Source: Phycisphaeraceae bacterium
GTDB lineage: Bacteria > Planctomycetota > Phycisphaerae > Phycisphaerales > Zrk34
Reading direction: 5' to 3'
DNA length: 64,000 bases
NCBI GenBank assembly: GCA_040905565.1
Contig: JBBDRF010000012.1
Span: forward strand, 119,966 to 183,965
Part shown: piece by piece, positions 48,641-58,851 of the stretch
Position numbering within the stretch: position 1 is the stretch's first letter
How the letters are laid out: the number at the start of each line of letters is the position of its first letter
Made by a program: the position numbers and the translations under genes
Notes under the pieces: generated by a model
What the model saw: only the letters and a program-made list of their open reading frames with translations
Told to the model about the DNA's origin: nothing
Databases searched by the model: none

Positions 48641-50365
48641 TCACCGCGCAAGGATGTCATACGTCAGCGGCCCATCAGGCCCCAGCGGCCAGCCCATCTG
48701 CATCCACACCAGCAGCATCGTCACCCAGACTGCGGTGAACGCCAGCGTGTACGGGAACATCGTCGCGATCAGCGTTCCCATCCCGCCGCGGGGCACGTAC
48801 CGCTGCATGTAGACCAGAATGATGATCAGGTACGCGTTCAGTGGCGTGATGATGTTGCTTACCGAATCGCCGATGCGGTAGGCGGCCTGGCTGAGTTCCG
48901 GGCTGATGCCGACCATCATGAACATCGGCACGAAGATCGGGGCGAACAGGGCGTACTTGGCGGACATGGACCCGATGAACAGATTGAAGACGATCGTCAG
49001 TCCGATGAACGCCACGATCAACAGCCCCGCCCCCATCTCCGCCTGCCCCAGCCACTGCCCGCCGGCCGTCGCCAGCATGCGGTCCAGACCGCTGTAGCTG
49101 AAGTACGCGACGAACTGCGCCGCGACGAACGCCAGCACGATGATCGGGGCCATGGCGGCCATCGATTCCATCATCAGCTTCGCCACATCGCGGTCCCGCC
49201 GAATCTTCTGCATCACCATCCCGAACGCCACAGCCGGCACGATGAACGACACAAACAGCAACGGCACGATCGCATCCACCCACCGGGCGAACGGCCGCTC
49301 GCTTGGCACCAGCAGGCGGCCGTTTACCTCCTGCGCTTCGGGCGGGGCCTCGGCCGGATCGCCTTGATAAACCTCGGCAATCACCGTGCGATTCGCGTCG
49401 TCAGCATCGGGCATCTGGTACGTGTAAAGCGGCGCTCCGGGCACCAGCACCGCGGCGAAAATCAGCGCCATCACCAGGGCGAACGCGCCGCCCGCCACCT
49501 TCAGGCCCCGGCGTTCGTCCGGTTGCAGTCCTTCGGCGTCCGCCGCAATCGCCTCGCCTCCAACAGGCGGGCCGCCCTCATCCGCCGGTCGCCCCGCAAG
49601 CCGCCGCTCCACGAACCATGATGTCACCGCCCAGCCTGTGAGCGTGATCAGCACCGTCGACGCGATCATGAACCACCAGTTGCAGGCAGCGTTCACGTGG
49701 TAGCCGGGGTCCACCACAATCGCCCCGGTCAGCGTGTAGCCCGCCAGCATCGGGTCCAGCCCGGTCAGGAACAGGTTCGCATTGAAACCCGCCGAAACCC
49801 CTGCAAAAACGGCGGCAATCCCCGCCAATGGCGACCGTCCCGCCGCATAGTAAAGTGCCGCAGCCAGAGGCGGCAGCACCACGTACCCCGCATCAAGCGT
49901 CATTGAACTCATCACGCCGATGAAGATCACCGCGGGCGTCAGCAGCGAATTCGGCACGCCCGCCATGAACAGCTTCAACGCTGCGGCGATCAACCCGGTG
50001 CGCTCGGCGACGCCGATGCCAAGCATGCCCACGAGCACCACGCCCAGCGGCGGGAAAGCCATGAAATTGTCGACCATGCTGCGGATGGCCCAGTCTATGC
50101 CGTCGCGGCTCAACAGGGATTCCGCCGCGAAAACTTCGCCCGTCTCCTCCCACACCAGTTCGCCGTCCTCGCCCTGCGTCGGCAGGGTTTGTGCGACCTG
50201 GATCTCGGCCAGAACGGCCAGGTGCGAGACGACCATCACGATCAGCGCCCCGAGGACGAACAGCGTGGTGGGATCGGGGAGCCGATTGCCCAGCCGTTCG
50301 ATGCGATCGAGCAGGGCCGGCCGCGCCGGCCGGGAGGCAGAGGTTGCTTCGGTTTCGGTCGCCAT
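48641..50365 (-). CDS. AbgT family transporter
   Basis: LDRIERLGNRLPDPTTLF, FPPLGVVLVGMLGIGVAE, AGVSAGFNAN, GSMSAKY and YRIGDSVSNIITP. Confidence 0.93.
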   Translation of the reverse strand: MATETEATSASRPARPALLDRIERLGNRLPDPTTLFVLGALIVMVVSHLAVLAEIQVAQTLPTQGEDGELVWEETGEVFAAESLLSRDGIDWAIRSMVDNFMAFPPLGVVLVGMLGIGVAERTGLIAAALKLFMAGVPNSLLTPAVIFIGVMSSMTLDAGYVVLPPLAAALYYAAGRSPLAGIAAVFAGVSAGFNANLFLTGLDPMLAGYTLTGAIVVDPGYHVNAACNWWFMIASTVLITLTGWAVTSWFVERRLAGRPADEGGPPVGGEAIAADAEGLQPDERRGLKVAGGAFALVMALIFAAVLVPGAPLYTYQMPDADDANRTVIAEVYQGDPAEAPPEAQEVNGRLLVPSERPFARWVDAIVPLLFVSFIVPAVAFGMVMQKIRRDRDVAKLMMESMAAMAPIIVLAFVAAQFVAYFSYSGLDRMLATAGGQWLGQAEMGAGLLIVAFIGLTIVFNLFIGSMSAKYALFAPIFVPMFMMVGISPELSQAAYRIGDSVSNIITPLNAYLIIILVYMQRYVPRGGMGTLIATMFPYTLAFTAVWVTMLLVWMQMGWPLGPDGPLTYDILAR

Positions 50366-50438
50366 GCGTGGAACATCGTACCGCCTGCCTCGGCGGCCGG
50401 GAAGCAGGGGGGGCACACCGGGGCTCGACCAGCGCGGC

Positions 50439-51053
50439 TTACGGTTGTTCGATGTGCCAGTCGGTTGCCCAGAAGGGGCCTCGTGTCTCGGCTCCCATCT
50501 GCTCGAGCCAGCGACCGACCATCCGATTCGAATCGTGCGGCAGACTGTAGCGATCCGGGTGCGGCACGAACGTCAACGCAGCCGACGGGTTGTGCAGGCG
50601 CTGGTCCCAGTGCTGCTGAAAATGTTGTTCCAGATCACGGTGTAGCGCTTCCGCATCGGCGCGTTCGACCACCACGTCATGCAGATGCTCCACGTCGAGG
50701 TTCGTCGCCCGCGCCACAGCAGCTGCGTTCGCTTCGGGCATCCGCCCAAGCGGCTGCCTTCCCACAGCGGCCGGCGTCGGCCAGAGCAGCGCCGGCGCAC
50801 CGTGCCAGATCGGGTGACGCTTACTCTCGGCATAGTAGACCCAGTCGCCGTACGCATACCGCACCGCCCCGTCACCCGCGGTCGGCAGCAGCAGGCTCGG
50901 CGTGCGACCGTGATCAATCACGTAAACCGTCACCGGGTCGACCACACCCGTCGGCGGCTTCACCGTCGTCGTGCAGCCCACCAGCAGAGCCGACGTGAAA
51001 AACACCGCCACGCCCACCACCAGCAGCAACATCACGCGCCGTAACCACTTCAT
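50439..51053 (-). CDS. Hypothetical lipoprotein (DUF2459-like)
   Basis: LVGC lipobox; YVIDHGRT, YAYGDWVYY, ALLWPTPA and YSLPHDSN. Confidence 0.55.
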   Translation of the reverse strand: MKWLRRVMLLLVVGVAVFFTSALLVGCTTTVKPPTGVVDPVTVYVIDHGRTPSLLLPTAGDGAVRYAYGDWVYYAESKRHPIWHGAPALLWPTPAAVGRQPLGRMPEANAAAVARATNLDVEHLHDVVVERADAEALHRDLEQHFQQHWDQRLHNPSAALTFVPHPDRYSLPHDSNRMVGRWLEQMGAETRGPFWATDWHIEQP

Positions 51054-51090
51054 GTTTTCATCCTAGCACCGTTTCGTCGAACGTAATTGC

Positions 51091-51390
51091 CTACCCACCC
51101 GCGATTGCGCCCACGATGAAGAACGGCTCAACACCCGAAGCCACGGCAGCCGGTAGGGGGGTGTCCGGGTCCTCGTGCGAGAGATCCTCCCCGCACGCGA
51201 AGAACCGGATCATCGGGCGGCGGCGGTTGGTCACATGATCCCGCATCGTGCCGCTGAGTGCGGGGTAACGGGCTTCGAGCGCATCAAGAATCGCCCGCTG
51301 TGTGATCGGCGGCGAAACCTCAAGGCTCACCTCACGCTCCACCTCCGCGAGGGTCCGCAGATGCTGAGGCAGTTCGACGCGCACGATCAT
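51091..51390 (-). CDS. MoaD/ThiS family protein
   Basis: [11 protein letters not shown]...RFFACGED...GAIAGG; ATGA-coupled to the upstream gene. Confidence 0.88.
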   Translation of the reverse strand: MIVRVELPQHLRTLAEVEREVSLEVSPPITQRAILDALEARYPALSGTMRDHVTNRRRPMIRFFACGEDLSHEDPDTPLPAAVASGVEPFFIVGAIAGG

Positions 51391-52502
51391 GGCAGCGTCT
51401 GCACTTCGACCGAAAGCACAGCCGGCAGGTCGCGCACGATCGCTTGCCAGTGGTCGCCGCCGTCGGCCGAGGCATACACCTGCCCGCCCGTGGTCCCGAA
51501 ATAGATGCCGCACGGATCAAGCGTGTCCACCGCCATCGCATCCCGCAAAACATTCACATAGCAATCACGCTGCGGCAAGCCCTCCGTCAACGCCTCCCAC
51601 TCATTGCCCCCCGTTCGGCTGCGATACACGCGCAGCTTCCCCTCGGGCGGATAGTGCTCCGAATCGCTCTTGATGGGGACGACGTAAATGGTCTCCGGCT
51701 CGTGCGCGTGCACCTCGATGGGGAAGCCGAAATCGCTGGGGAGGTTCCCGCTGACTTCGTGCCACGATTCGCCGCCGTCGTTGCTCCGCATCACGTCCCA
51801 GTGTTTCTGCATGAACAAAGTGTTCGGCTGCGAAGGATGCATGGCGATGCGATGCACGCAGTGGCCGACCTCCGCAGTGGGGTCGGGGATGTAGTCCGAG
51901 TGCAGGCCCTTGTTGACCGGCTGCCAGGTCTGGCCGGCGTCCTCAGTCCGGAAGGTGCCGGCTGCGGAGATGGCGACGAACAGCCGGGCAGGATCGGTCG
52001 GATCTTGAATGATGGTGTGCAGGCACATGCCGCCGGCTCCGGGGGCCCATCGCGGGCCGGAGTTGTGCTGGCGGAGGCCGGGCAGTTCGTGCCAGGTTTG
52101 GCCGCCGTCGGTGGTGCGGAAGATCGCAGCATCTTCAACGCCGGCATACACGGTATCGGGATCGGTCAGCGAGGGTTCGAGGTGCCAGACGCGTTTGAAT
52201 TCCCACGGATGAGGCGTGCCGTCGTACCACTGATGCGTGCCGGGCTCCCCTTCGTAGATGAACTTGTTGCCGACGGGCTCCCACGTTTCGCCGCCGTCGT
52301 CGGAGCGTTGAATCTGCTGGCCGAACCAGTCGACGGATTGCGAGGCATAGATGCGGTTCGGGTCGGCGGGCGACCCCTTGAGGTGGTACATCTCCCAGCC
52401 GCCGAACAGCGGGCCCCGTACGTCCCAGTGCTTACGATCGCCGTCGGACGTCAGCACAAACGCCCCCTTGCGTGTGCCGATCAGAACACGAATGCTGCTC
52501 AT
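51387..52502 (-). CDS. BNR/Asp-box beta-propeller protein
   Basis: Repeated S.DGG.TW Asp boxes ([35 protein letters not shown]); no signal peptide. Confidence 0.85.
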   Translation of the reverse strand: MSSIRVLIGTRKGAFVLTSDGDRKHWDVRGPLFGGWEMYHLKGSPADPNRIYASQSVDWFGQQIQRSDDGGETWEPVGNKFIYEGEPGTHQWYDGTPHPWEFKRVWHLEPSLTDPDTVYAGVEDAAIFRTTDGGQTWHELPGLRQHNSGPRWAPGAGGMCLHTIIQDPTDPARLFVAISAAGTFRTEDAGQTWQPVNKGLHSDYIPDPTAEVGHCVHRIAMHPSQPNTLFMQKHWDVMRSNDGGESWHEVSGNLPSDFGFPIEVHAHEPETIYVVPIKSDSEHYPPEGKLRVYRSRTGGNEWEALTEGLPQRDCYVNVLRDAMAVDTLDPCGIYFGTTGGQVYASADGGDHWQAIVRDLPAVLSVEVQTLP

Positions 52503-52542
52503 GCGTTACCCCTTACAAATTTTGTGGTCAGTGTCGTCTCTT

Positions 52543-53148
52543 CTAATACCGCAGTACCGCGTGCAGCAGATGCTCGTACGGCGTGATCTGGCGTCGACCA
52601 TTGAGGAAGCTCAGTTCGATCAGGCACGTTACGCCCACCAGTTCGCAACCGAGCAGTTGCATCAGGTCGCAGCAGGCTTTCATCGTGCCGCCGGTGGCCA
52701 GCAGATCGTCCACCAGCAGCACACGCTGGCCCGGCTGGACGGCATCGCGATGCACCTCAAGGCGATCCGTCCCGTATTCAAGCTCATATTCGATGGCGTG
52801 GGTTTCACGCGGCAGCTTCTTCGGCTTGCGGATCGGCACAAACCCAACGCTCAGCGATTGCGCCAGTGCCGTGCCGAAGATAAAGCCGCGTGACTCTGCC
52901 CCGGCGACGACACCGACCCCTTTGCCCCGGTACGGATTCGCCATGAGTTCGACGGCCATGGCCAGGGCGGCAGGATCACGCAGCAGCGGTGTGATATCCT
53001 TGAACACCACGCCGGGCTTGGGCCAATCGGGCACGTCCGCGATGAACTGCTGAAGGTGGGCTTCGGCTGCCTCGGTCGGATCGAAGGCAGGGTTGGAGGC
53101 GGACGGCTGGCGAGACGGTGGGGGGGACGGGTGGTCGTGCGTGCTCAT
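52543..53148 (-). CDS. apt: Adenine phosphoribosyltransferase
   Basis: DWPKPGVVFKDITPLL, AESRGF, RKPKKLP, YELEYG and VDDLLATGGT. Confidence 0.96.
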   Translation of the reverse strand: MSTHDHPSPPPSRQPSASNPAFDPTEAAEAHLQQFIADVPDWPKPGVVFKDITPLLRDPAALAMAVELMANPYRGKGVGVVAGAESRGFIFGTALAQSLSVGFVPIRKPKKLPRETHAIEYELEYGTDRLEVHRDAVQPGQRVLLVDDLLATGGTMKACCDLMQLLGCELVGVTCLIELSFLNGRRQITPYEHLLHAVLRY

Positions 53149-53222
53149 GTCGATATAATTAACAGACTTCGTCATTTTCGCCTAGTCCCTTCTGCCTTGA
53201 CTAACACCGTTTGGATAAACCC

Positions 53223-53543
53223 ATGAGTGAAACGCGATCGAAAAGCAACGTCCTCGAGACGGTCGAGCCGATCGGTTGGCGTGTGCTGATCCGCAAGGAT
53301 GAGGACAAAAAGACCACGCGCAGCGGCATCCATCTGCCCGACAAAATCGAAATTCCCACGCTGACCGGCCGCATCGTCGCGATCAGCGCTCAAATTGCCC
53401 ACGATGAAGATTACCCCATCGAGCAGTACGATAAAGTGCTGTTCAACCCCAAGGAGGCCATCCCGGTGGACTTTGAGGGGGACAATCGGCTGTTCGTCGT
53501 GCCGGTTGAGAACATTGTCGCCGTCTTCCGCAAAAGCGAGTAA
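53223..53543 (+). CDS. Co-chaperonin GroES family protein (stand-alone)
   Basis: EPIGWRVLIR, TTRSGIHLPD, GRIVAI, DKVLF and ENIVAV. Confidence 0.8.
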   Translation: MSETRSKSNVLETVEPIGWRVLIRKDEDKKTTRSGIHLPDKIEIPTLTGRIVAISAQIAHDEDYPIEQYDKVLFNPKEAIPVDFEGDNRLFVVPVENIVAVFRKSE

Positions 53544-53649
53544 TCGCCCGGAATCGGCTTTCGTGAAGTAACGAATCAGCCACGGCCGTCGGCCGTATGG
53601 AGACGTCCCCCCACGAGCAGCCAGCTCTTTCGGGGACGGTGCCCAATCG

Positions 53650-54978
53650 ATGAGTGACGCCTTGACCATCCACCCCGTGGGCCCGTTCGATGCCACGCTG
53701 CGCCCCCCGGGTTCGAAAAGTCTCACCAACCGCGCACTGCTGCTCGCAGCACTCGCGGAGGGTGAATCACGCCTGACCAATGTCCTCGTCGCCGACGACA
53801 CGCAGGTGATGATCCGCGCCCTGCGGGACCTCGGCTTCCGACTGCATCTCGACGAAGCAGCACGCGAAGTGCAGATCCTCGGCTGCAACGGCACCATCCC
53901 CGGCAAACGCTCCGAACTCTTCCTCGGCAACGCCGGCACCGCCGTACGATTCCTCACCGCCGCCTGCTGTCTCGGCGAAGGCGTCTACATTCTCGACGGC
54001 GTCTCACGCATGCGCGAACGCCCCATCAGGCAACTCGTCGAACCCCTCCGTTCCCTCGGCGCCGAGATCGACTACCTCGGCGAAGAAGGTTACCCGCCCC
54101 TGCGTATCCGCGGCACAGGCGGCCTCGCCGGCGGCAAGCTCAACATGGGCCCCACCCTCTCAAGCCAGTTCATCAGCGCCCTTCTTCAGATCGGCCCCGG
54201 CTGCCGCGACGGCCTCACCCTCCGCTTCGATCAACCCATCATCAGCCAGCCCTACGTCACCATGACGCGCACCCTGATGACACGCTTCGGCGTCAAAACA
54301 CGCGTCAACCGCCAACCCCTCAGCTACCGCGTCGCAGGCGACAGCGGCTATCACAGCGTCGATTACGCCATCGAACCCGACGCCTCCAACGCCAGCTATT
54401 TCCTCGCCGCCGCCGCCATCATCCCCGGCAGCCGATGCACCATCGATGGCCTCTCCGGCCGCTCCCTCCAGGGCGATGTCGCCTTCGCCGATGTCCTCCA
54501 GGAAATGGGCGCCACCGTCCGCTACGAAAAGCACAGCATCACCGTCCAGGCCCCCGACCAGCTCCACGGCATCGATGTCGATCTCAACCACATGCCCGAC
54601 ATGGCCCAGACCCTCGCCATCGTCGCCCTCTTCGCAAACGGCCCAACGGCCATCCGCAACGTCGGCAACCTTCGTGTCAAAGAGACCGACCGCCTTGCCG
54701 CCCTGCACAATGAGCTCACCAAGTTCGGCGCTCGCGTGAAAATCACTGATGACGATCTGCACATCACCATGCCGCACCCCGGCCATCTCCACCCCGCACG
54801 CATCGAAACCTACGACGACCACCGCATGGCCATGAGCTTCGCCGTCGCAGGCCTCCGCCACGAAGGTGTCACCATCCTCGACCCCGCCTGCGTGAACAAA
54901 ACCTTCCCGCAGTTCTGGGCCTTCCTTGATCGTCTGCGCGATGCCGCCACGCCGCTCCGAAAGCACGCTGAATCATGA
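53650..54978 (+). CDS. aroA: 3-phosphoshikimate 1-carboxyvinyltransferase
   Basis: PGSKSLTNR, GNAGTAVR, RMRERPI, SSQFIS, RVKETDR and DDHRMAM. Confidence 0.97.
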   Translation: MSDALTIHPVGPFDATLRPPGSKSLTNRALLLAALAEGESRLTNVLVADDTQVMIRALRDLGFRLHLDEAAREVQILGCNGTIPGKRSELFLGNAGTAVRFLTAACCLGEGVYILDGVSRMRERPIRQLVEPLRSLGAEIDYLGEEGYPPLRIRGTGGLAGGKLNMGPTLSSQFISALLQIGPGCRDGLTLRFDQPIISQPYVTMTRTLMTRFGVKTRVNRQPLSYRVAGDSGYHSVDYAIEPDASNASYFLAAAAIIPGSRCTIDGLSGRSLQGDVAFADVLQEMGATVRYEKHSITVQAPDQLHGIDVDLNHMPDMAQTLAIVALFANGPTAIRNVGNLRVKETDRLAALHNELTKFGARVKITDDDLHITMPHPGHLHPARIETYDDHRMAMSFAVAGLRHEGVTILDPACVNKTFPQFWAFLDRLRDAATPLRKHAES

Positions 54979-56822
54979 CCGAGTTCTGGCGCTTCGCCCG
55001 AATGATGCTCTACTACCGTCGGCTGCTCATCATCGCAGCCGTCGGCGTTTTTATCGACGCTATCTGCGTGATGGGCGGCTTCGGCTCGCTCACGTGGATC
55101 ATCACCATGTTCTTCGAGCAAGGCGTCACCATCCGCGAACTCGTTGCCGACAAGCTCGCCGACTCCCGCCTCGAACAGTGGACCGGGCTCGACCTCAGCC
55201 CTCTGGCCCAGTGGATTCCCGCTGGCGAACTCGCCGGCCTCGCCTTCATCATGGTCTTCATTCTCGCCCTCTCGCTCGTGGGGTCCGCAGGCCGATTCAC
55301 CCACGAATACTGCACCATGACCGTCGTCATGCGCACTGTCATGCGCGTCCGCAAGAGACTCTTCAACCGTCTGGTTCACCTCCCCGTTGCCGTGGCGAAT
55401 CAGGACTCCACCGCCAGCCGCATCGCTCGCGTCATCCGTGATTGTCAGCAGCTCACCAACGGCTTCACCGCCCTGGTCAGCCGTGCCGTTCGAGGCATCG
55501 CGCTCGGTCTTGCCCTGCTCGCGCTGGCGTTCTATCTCGACTACGTGCTCGCGCTGACGTTTTTGTTCATCGTGCCGCCGGTCATGATCATGATCCGCAA
55601 ATTCGGCAAGAAGGTGCGCAAAGCTTCCCGCCGCGCCCTTAAGCACTACGGCATCATGCTCGGCGCCATCACCGAATCGCTCCAGGGCCTCCGCGTGGTC
55701 AAGGTTCACCACGCAGAAGGCTACGAACGCCGACGCTTCAACCGCATCAATCGCGAAGCACTCACGCAGGAAATGCGTGCCCGCGTCGCCAAGGCCATGT
55801 CCGCCCCGACCGTTGAACTGTTCGCGCTCATCGGCGTGATGGGCGTCATGATGATCGCCGCATGGTCGGTCTACGGCGGCGGTCGGCAGGCCAGCGAAGT
55901 CGTCAGCGTCCTCATGATGCTCGCCGCCTCCGCAGGCATGTTCCGAAGCGTCGCCGGGCTCAACAACCATCTGCAGGAAGCCGCCGCCGCCGCCCAGAGC
56001 ATCGACGAAGTGCTCAGCCTTCCCGTCGAAAACACCGCCCGCGACGAGCAGGGCCAGGCCCTCCCCGCCGTGCCCCGTCACCGCCGGGCCATCGTTTTTG
56101 ACGACGTCTGGTACACCTACCCCGGCTCCGAATCACCAGCCGTGGCGGGCGTGAATCTCACCGTGCCCGCCGGCTCCATCTGTGCCGTCGTCGGCAGCAA
56201 CGGCTCCGGCAAAAGCACACTGCTGGGTCTGCTCCCACGCCTGTACGAACCCACCGAAGGCCGCGTGTTGATCGACGGCGTCGACATCGCCGACTGCACC
56301 CTCCGCTCGCTCCGCCGCCAGATCGCCCTCGTTACGCAGGAAACCGTCCTCTTCGACGGCACCATCGCCGACAACATCATCTACGGTTCCCGCCACGTCT
56401 CGCACGAGCAGATGGTCGCCGCCGCACGCCAGGCCTACGCCGATGCGTTCATCGAAAGCATGCCCGACGGCTACCAGAGCAACATCGGCGAGCGCGGCAT
56501 GCGACTCAGCGGCGGCCAGCGCCAACGCCTCGCCCTCGCCCGCGCCATCCTCCGCGACCCCGCCATTCTTATCCTGGATGAAGCGACCAGCCAGATCGAT
56601 GCCGACTCCGAAGCCCGCATCAACGAAGCCCTCACCGACTTCATGCGTAGCCGCACCACTTTCGTCATCGCCCACCGCCTCAGCACCGTGATCCACGCCG
56701 ACATGATCGTCGTGATGGACAACGCCACCGTCGCTTCCATCGGCACGCACCAGGAACTGCTGCAGAGTTCCGACGTCTACCGCGTCCTCTGCCGCACCCA
56801 ACTCCAGGGCCTCCCCCAGTAA
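54975..56822 (+). CDS. MsbA-like ABC transporter (fused TMD+NBD)
   Basis: TM domain plus GSNGSGKS, LSGGQRQR, LILDEATS and IAHRLST. Confidence 0.92.
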   Translation: MTEFWRFARMMLYYRRLLIIAAVGVFIDAICVMGGFGSLTWIITMFFEQGVTIRELVADKLADSRLEQWTGLDLSPLAQWIPAGELAGLAFIMVFILALSLVGSAGRFTHEYCTMTVVMRTVMRVRKRLFNRLVHLPVAVANQDSTASRIARVIRDCQQLTNGFTALVSRAVRGIALGLALLALAFYLDYVLALTFLFIVPPVMIMIRKFGKKVRKASRRALKHYGIMLGAITESLQGLRVVKVHHAEGYERRRFNRINREALTQEMRARVAKAMSAPTVELFALIGVMGVMMIAAWSVYGGGRQASEVVSVLMMLAASAGMFRSVAGLNNHLQEAAAAAQSIDEVLSLPVENTARDEQGQALPAVPRHRRAIVFDDVWYTYPGSESPAVAGVNLTVPAGSICAVVGSNGSGKSTLLGLLPRLYEPTEGRVLIDGVDIADCTLRSLRRQIALVTQETVLFDGTIADNIIYGSRHVSHEQMVAAARQAYADAFIESMPDGYQSNIGERGMRLSGGQRQRLALARAILRDPAILILDEATSQIDADSEARINEALTDFMRSRTTFVIAHRLSTVIHADMIVVMDNATVASIGTHQELLQSSDVYRVLCRTQLQGLPQ

Positions 56823-56853
56823 ACGCACGCCTGACCTCACGCCTTTCAGTCAT

Positions 56854-58821
56854 CTACTTGTTGGTTGGCAACACCTGCACAACGGCTCCGACTTGTTTCT
56901 GGGCGATCGACAGCGTCAAGATTGCTTCGTCACCTTCCACGATCGGCTCGAGCCAGACGCCGTTCCACGCATCGTAATAGGTCGCGCCCGCAACGTGTGC
57001 CACACTGATCGCGGGACCGGAGAGATCGGCCTCGCCGCCGTTATAGAGAACCCACACCACGCGTTCGTCGCCGGGAAAACGGTTGGCGAACAGCATCTCG
57101 TGTTTCGTCAGCACGAGCGGCATCGGATCGGCACTGGTGAAGGCGTCACTGTATTTGCGAAGCAGCCTGTGGGCCTTGCGAATGGTGGCGAGCGTTTCCG
57201 GAGCGAAACGCTGCTGAGCGTCGCCCGAGAGGTAGATGCCGTTGCCGTTGAAAAAGCACAACCGTACCGCGTGGGCGTTGTGGCCGAGTCCCTGCTCTGA
57301 GATCAATTCGATCAGCTTGAACTCTGGCAATGCGAATCGCATGAGGTTGATCGGGCAGGGATATCCCTTCTTCATGGCAATGTTGACTGATGCGGTGTAC
57401 GCGCCGTCGATGTACTGCGTCATGACATCTGTCGGCGCTTCTTCGGTATAGAGGACGACACGGTCGCCCACCGCCTGCCGCACCTTCTGTAGTATTTGAA
57501 GCTCGCCGTTGAGCATGTGCTCGCCGGGCTTGTGATAAGCAGCATGCGCCGGGTTATGGCAGTAATACTGTGTCAGAAAGCCGAATTGATCGAGATAAAA
57601 CCCGCGTGCATTCGTTTGCTTGGCAGTTTGGCCGTAGATCGCTGCCAGCCGATCCTGCCACTCAGGCACGTGAGCGCACATGGTGAAATAATCGTCGCCC
57701 CAATGTTCTACATCTTCACCTCGCGCGTCGGTCATGCGGGCCGTCTTCCCCAGGTCTAGGCCGGGCGGTGACTGTTTCGTCACCAGGTAGCCTTCGATGT
57801 AAAGACCTGATGCGATGCCGCGATCGCTGACGGAATCGAGCGCAGCGTTGAATTGATCAACCCCGCCGAACTTTTTCCAAGGCTCATAATTGCCGACGCG
57901 ACCGTCTTTCGCCGTGTATGCCCAGTCGAAGAGGTGAACAAAATCGACGCCGCCGAATGCTTCTGCGTCCTGCTCGACCGCCTTCTGAAGATGAAGCGTT
58001 TGCTTCTGGGGCTCAAAGATCTCCGTGCCACGCGGCTGCCCACGGTGAAGATAATATGTGCGAAAGTTGAAGACCTCGCGGAACCACTTCTGGCGAGGAG
58101 CCACCGGTGCATACCATGTCGCCAACCACTCACGATAGGCGATGAGCCCTTCGTGCCATGTCCCGGGCTTTGTATTCAACAGCACGGATGGAAGTCGCCA
58201 GACCGCACCGGGAGCCAGTTGCGCAGTTTCATAAGTTGCCGATAGTTGGAGAGCGTCGTCCGTCTTATCCAGAGCGAACAATTTCCGCGTGTTGCCCGTG
58301 TCTTCAATGACGGCGTAGATGACGCCCTGGTCGGGGTGGTCGGCTGCAAAGAACTGCAACGGGAAAATGCCGCTGTAGTAACCGCGATCGCTCACATTCC
58401 TCGTGCCGACGAGCGACGAACGTGCTGGGAAACTGTATCGCAACGCACGGGTCAGCTCAGCATCACGGCCACGCAACTGCAACGCTGGGAATGTAGGCGT
58501 GACGTCCACCGGCTCGTCGGTCACGTTGCGCAACTGAAGGGTCAGGCGTACGCCGTCCGGCGTAGCGGTAGCATCCAGTGACGCTTCAATCGCGCCGGAG
58601 GCGTTCAATCGATAGATCGCCCACTCATCATTGACCCACTCAGCATCATCAGCACGGTTCACCAGCGACTGCACCCGACCGGTTACCCGGTCGATCTCCA
58701 TCAGCAGATCGTCGGTCTGGATCCGCGCTAGGTCCGCTGAGAATGCTGATGCAGACACGACCTGAAGCAGTAGGGCGGCAACTAATGAATACCAGCAAAG
58801 ACGGTGCTTGTGATGATTCAT
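56854..58821 (-). CDS. Secreted putative glycoside hydrolase-like (TIM-barrel, DUF6259-like) protein
   Basis: Signal peptide; HLFDW, GLYIEG, GFYLDQFG and LYTEE acidic motifs; sugar-catabolism context. Confidence 0.55.
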   Translation of the reverse strand: MNHHKHRLCWYSLVAALLLQVVSASAFSADLARIQTDDLLMEIDRVTGRVQSLVNRADDAEWVNDEWAIYRLNASGAIEASLDATATPDGVRLTLQLRNVTDEPVDVTPTFPALQLRGRDAELTRALRYSFPARSSLVGTRNVSDRGYYSGIFPLQFFAADHPDQGVIYAVIEDTGNTRKLFALDKTDDALQLSATYETAQLAPGAVWRLPSVLLNTKPGTWHEGLIAYREWLATWYAPVAPRQKWFREVFNFRTYYLHRGQPRGTEIFEPQKQTLHLQKAVEQDAEAFGGVDFVHLFDWAYTAKDGRVGNYEPWKKFGGVDQFNAALDSVSDRGIASGLYIEGYLVTKQSPPGLDLGKTARMTDARGEDVEHWGDDYFTMCAHVPEWQDRLAAIYGQTAKQTNARGFYLDQFGFLTQYYCHNPAHAAYHKPGEHMLNGELQILQKVRQAVGDRVVLYTEEAPTDVMTQYIDGAYTASVNIAMKKGYPCPINLMRFALPEFKLIELISEQGLGHNAHAVRLCFFNGNGIYLSGDAQQRFAPETLATIRKAHRLLRKYSDAFTSADPMPLVLTKHEMLFANRFPGDERVVWVLYNGGEADLSGPAISVAHVAGATYYDAWNGVWLEPIVEGDEAILTLSIAQKQVGAVVQVLPTNK

Positions 58822-58851
58822 AAGTTGCCTTATTACCGTTGGCCAGTCGCG

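Noticed and set aside
53580..53645. Hairpin cgtcccc...ggggacg upstream of aroA as a riboswitch
   Set aside because: No recognisable aptamer consensus and no U-tract; GC-rich stems arise easily by chance here.
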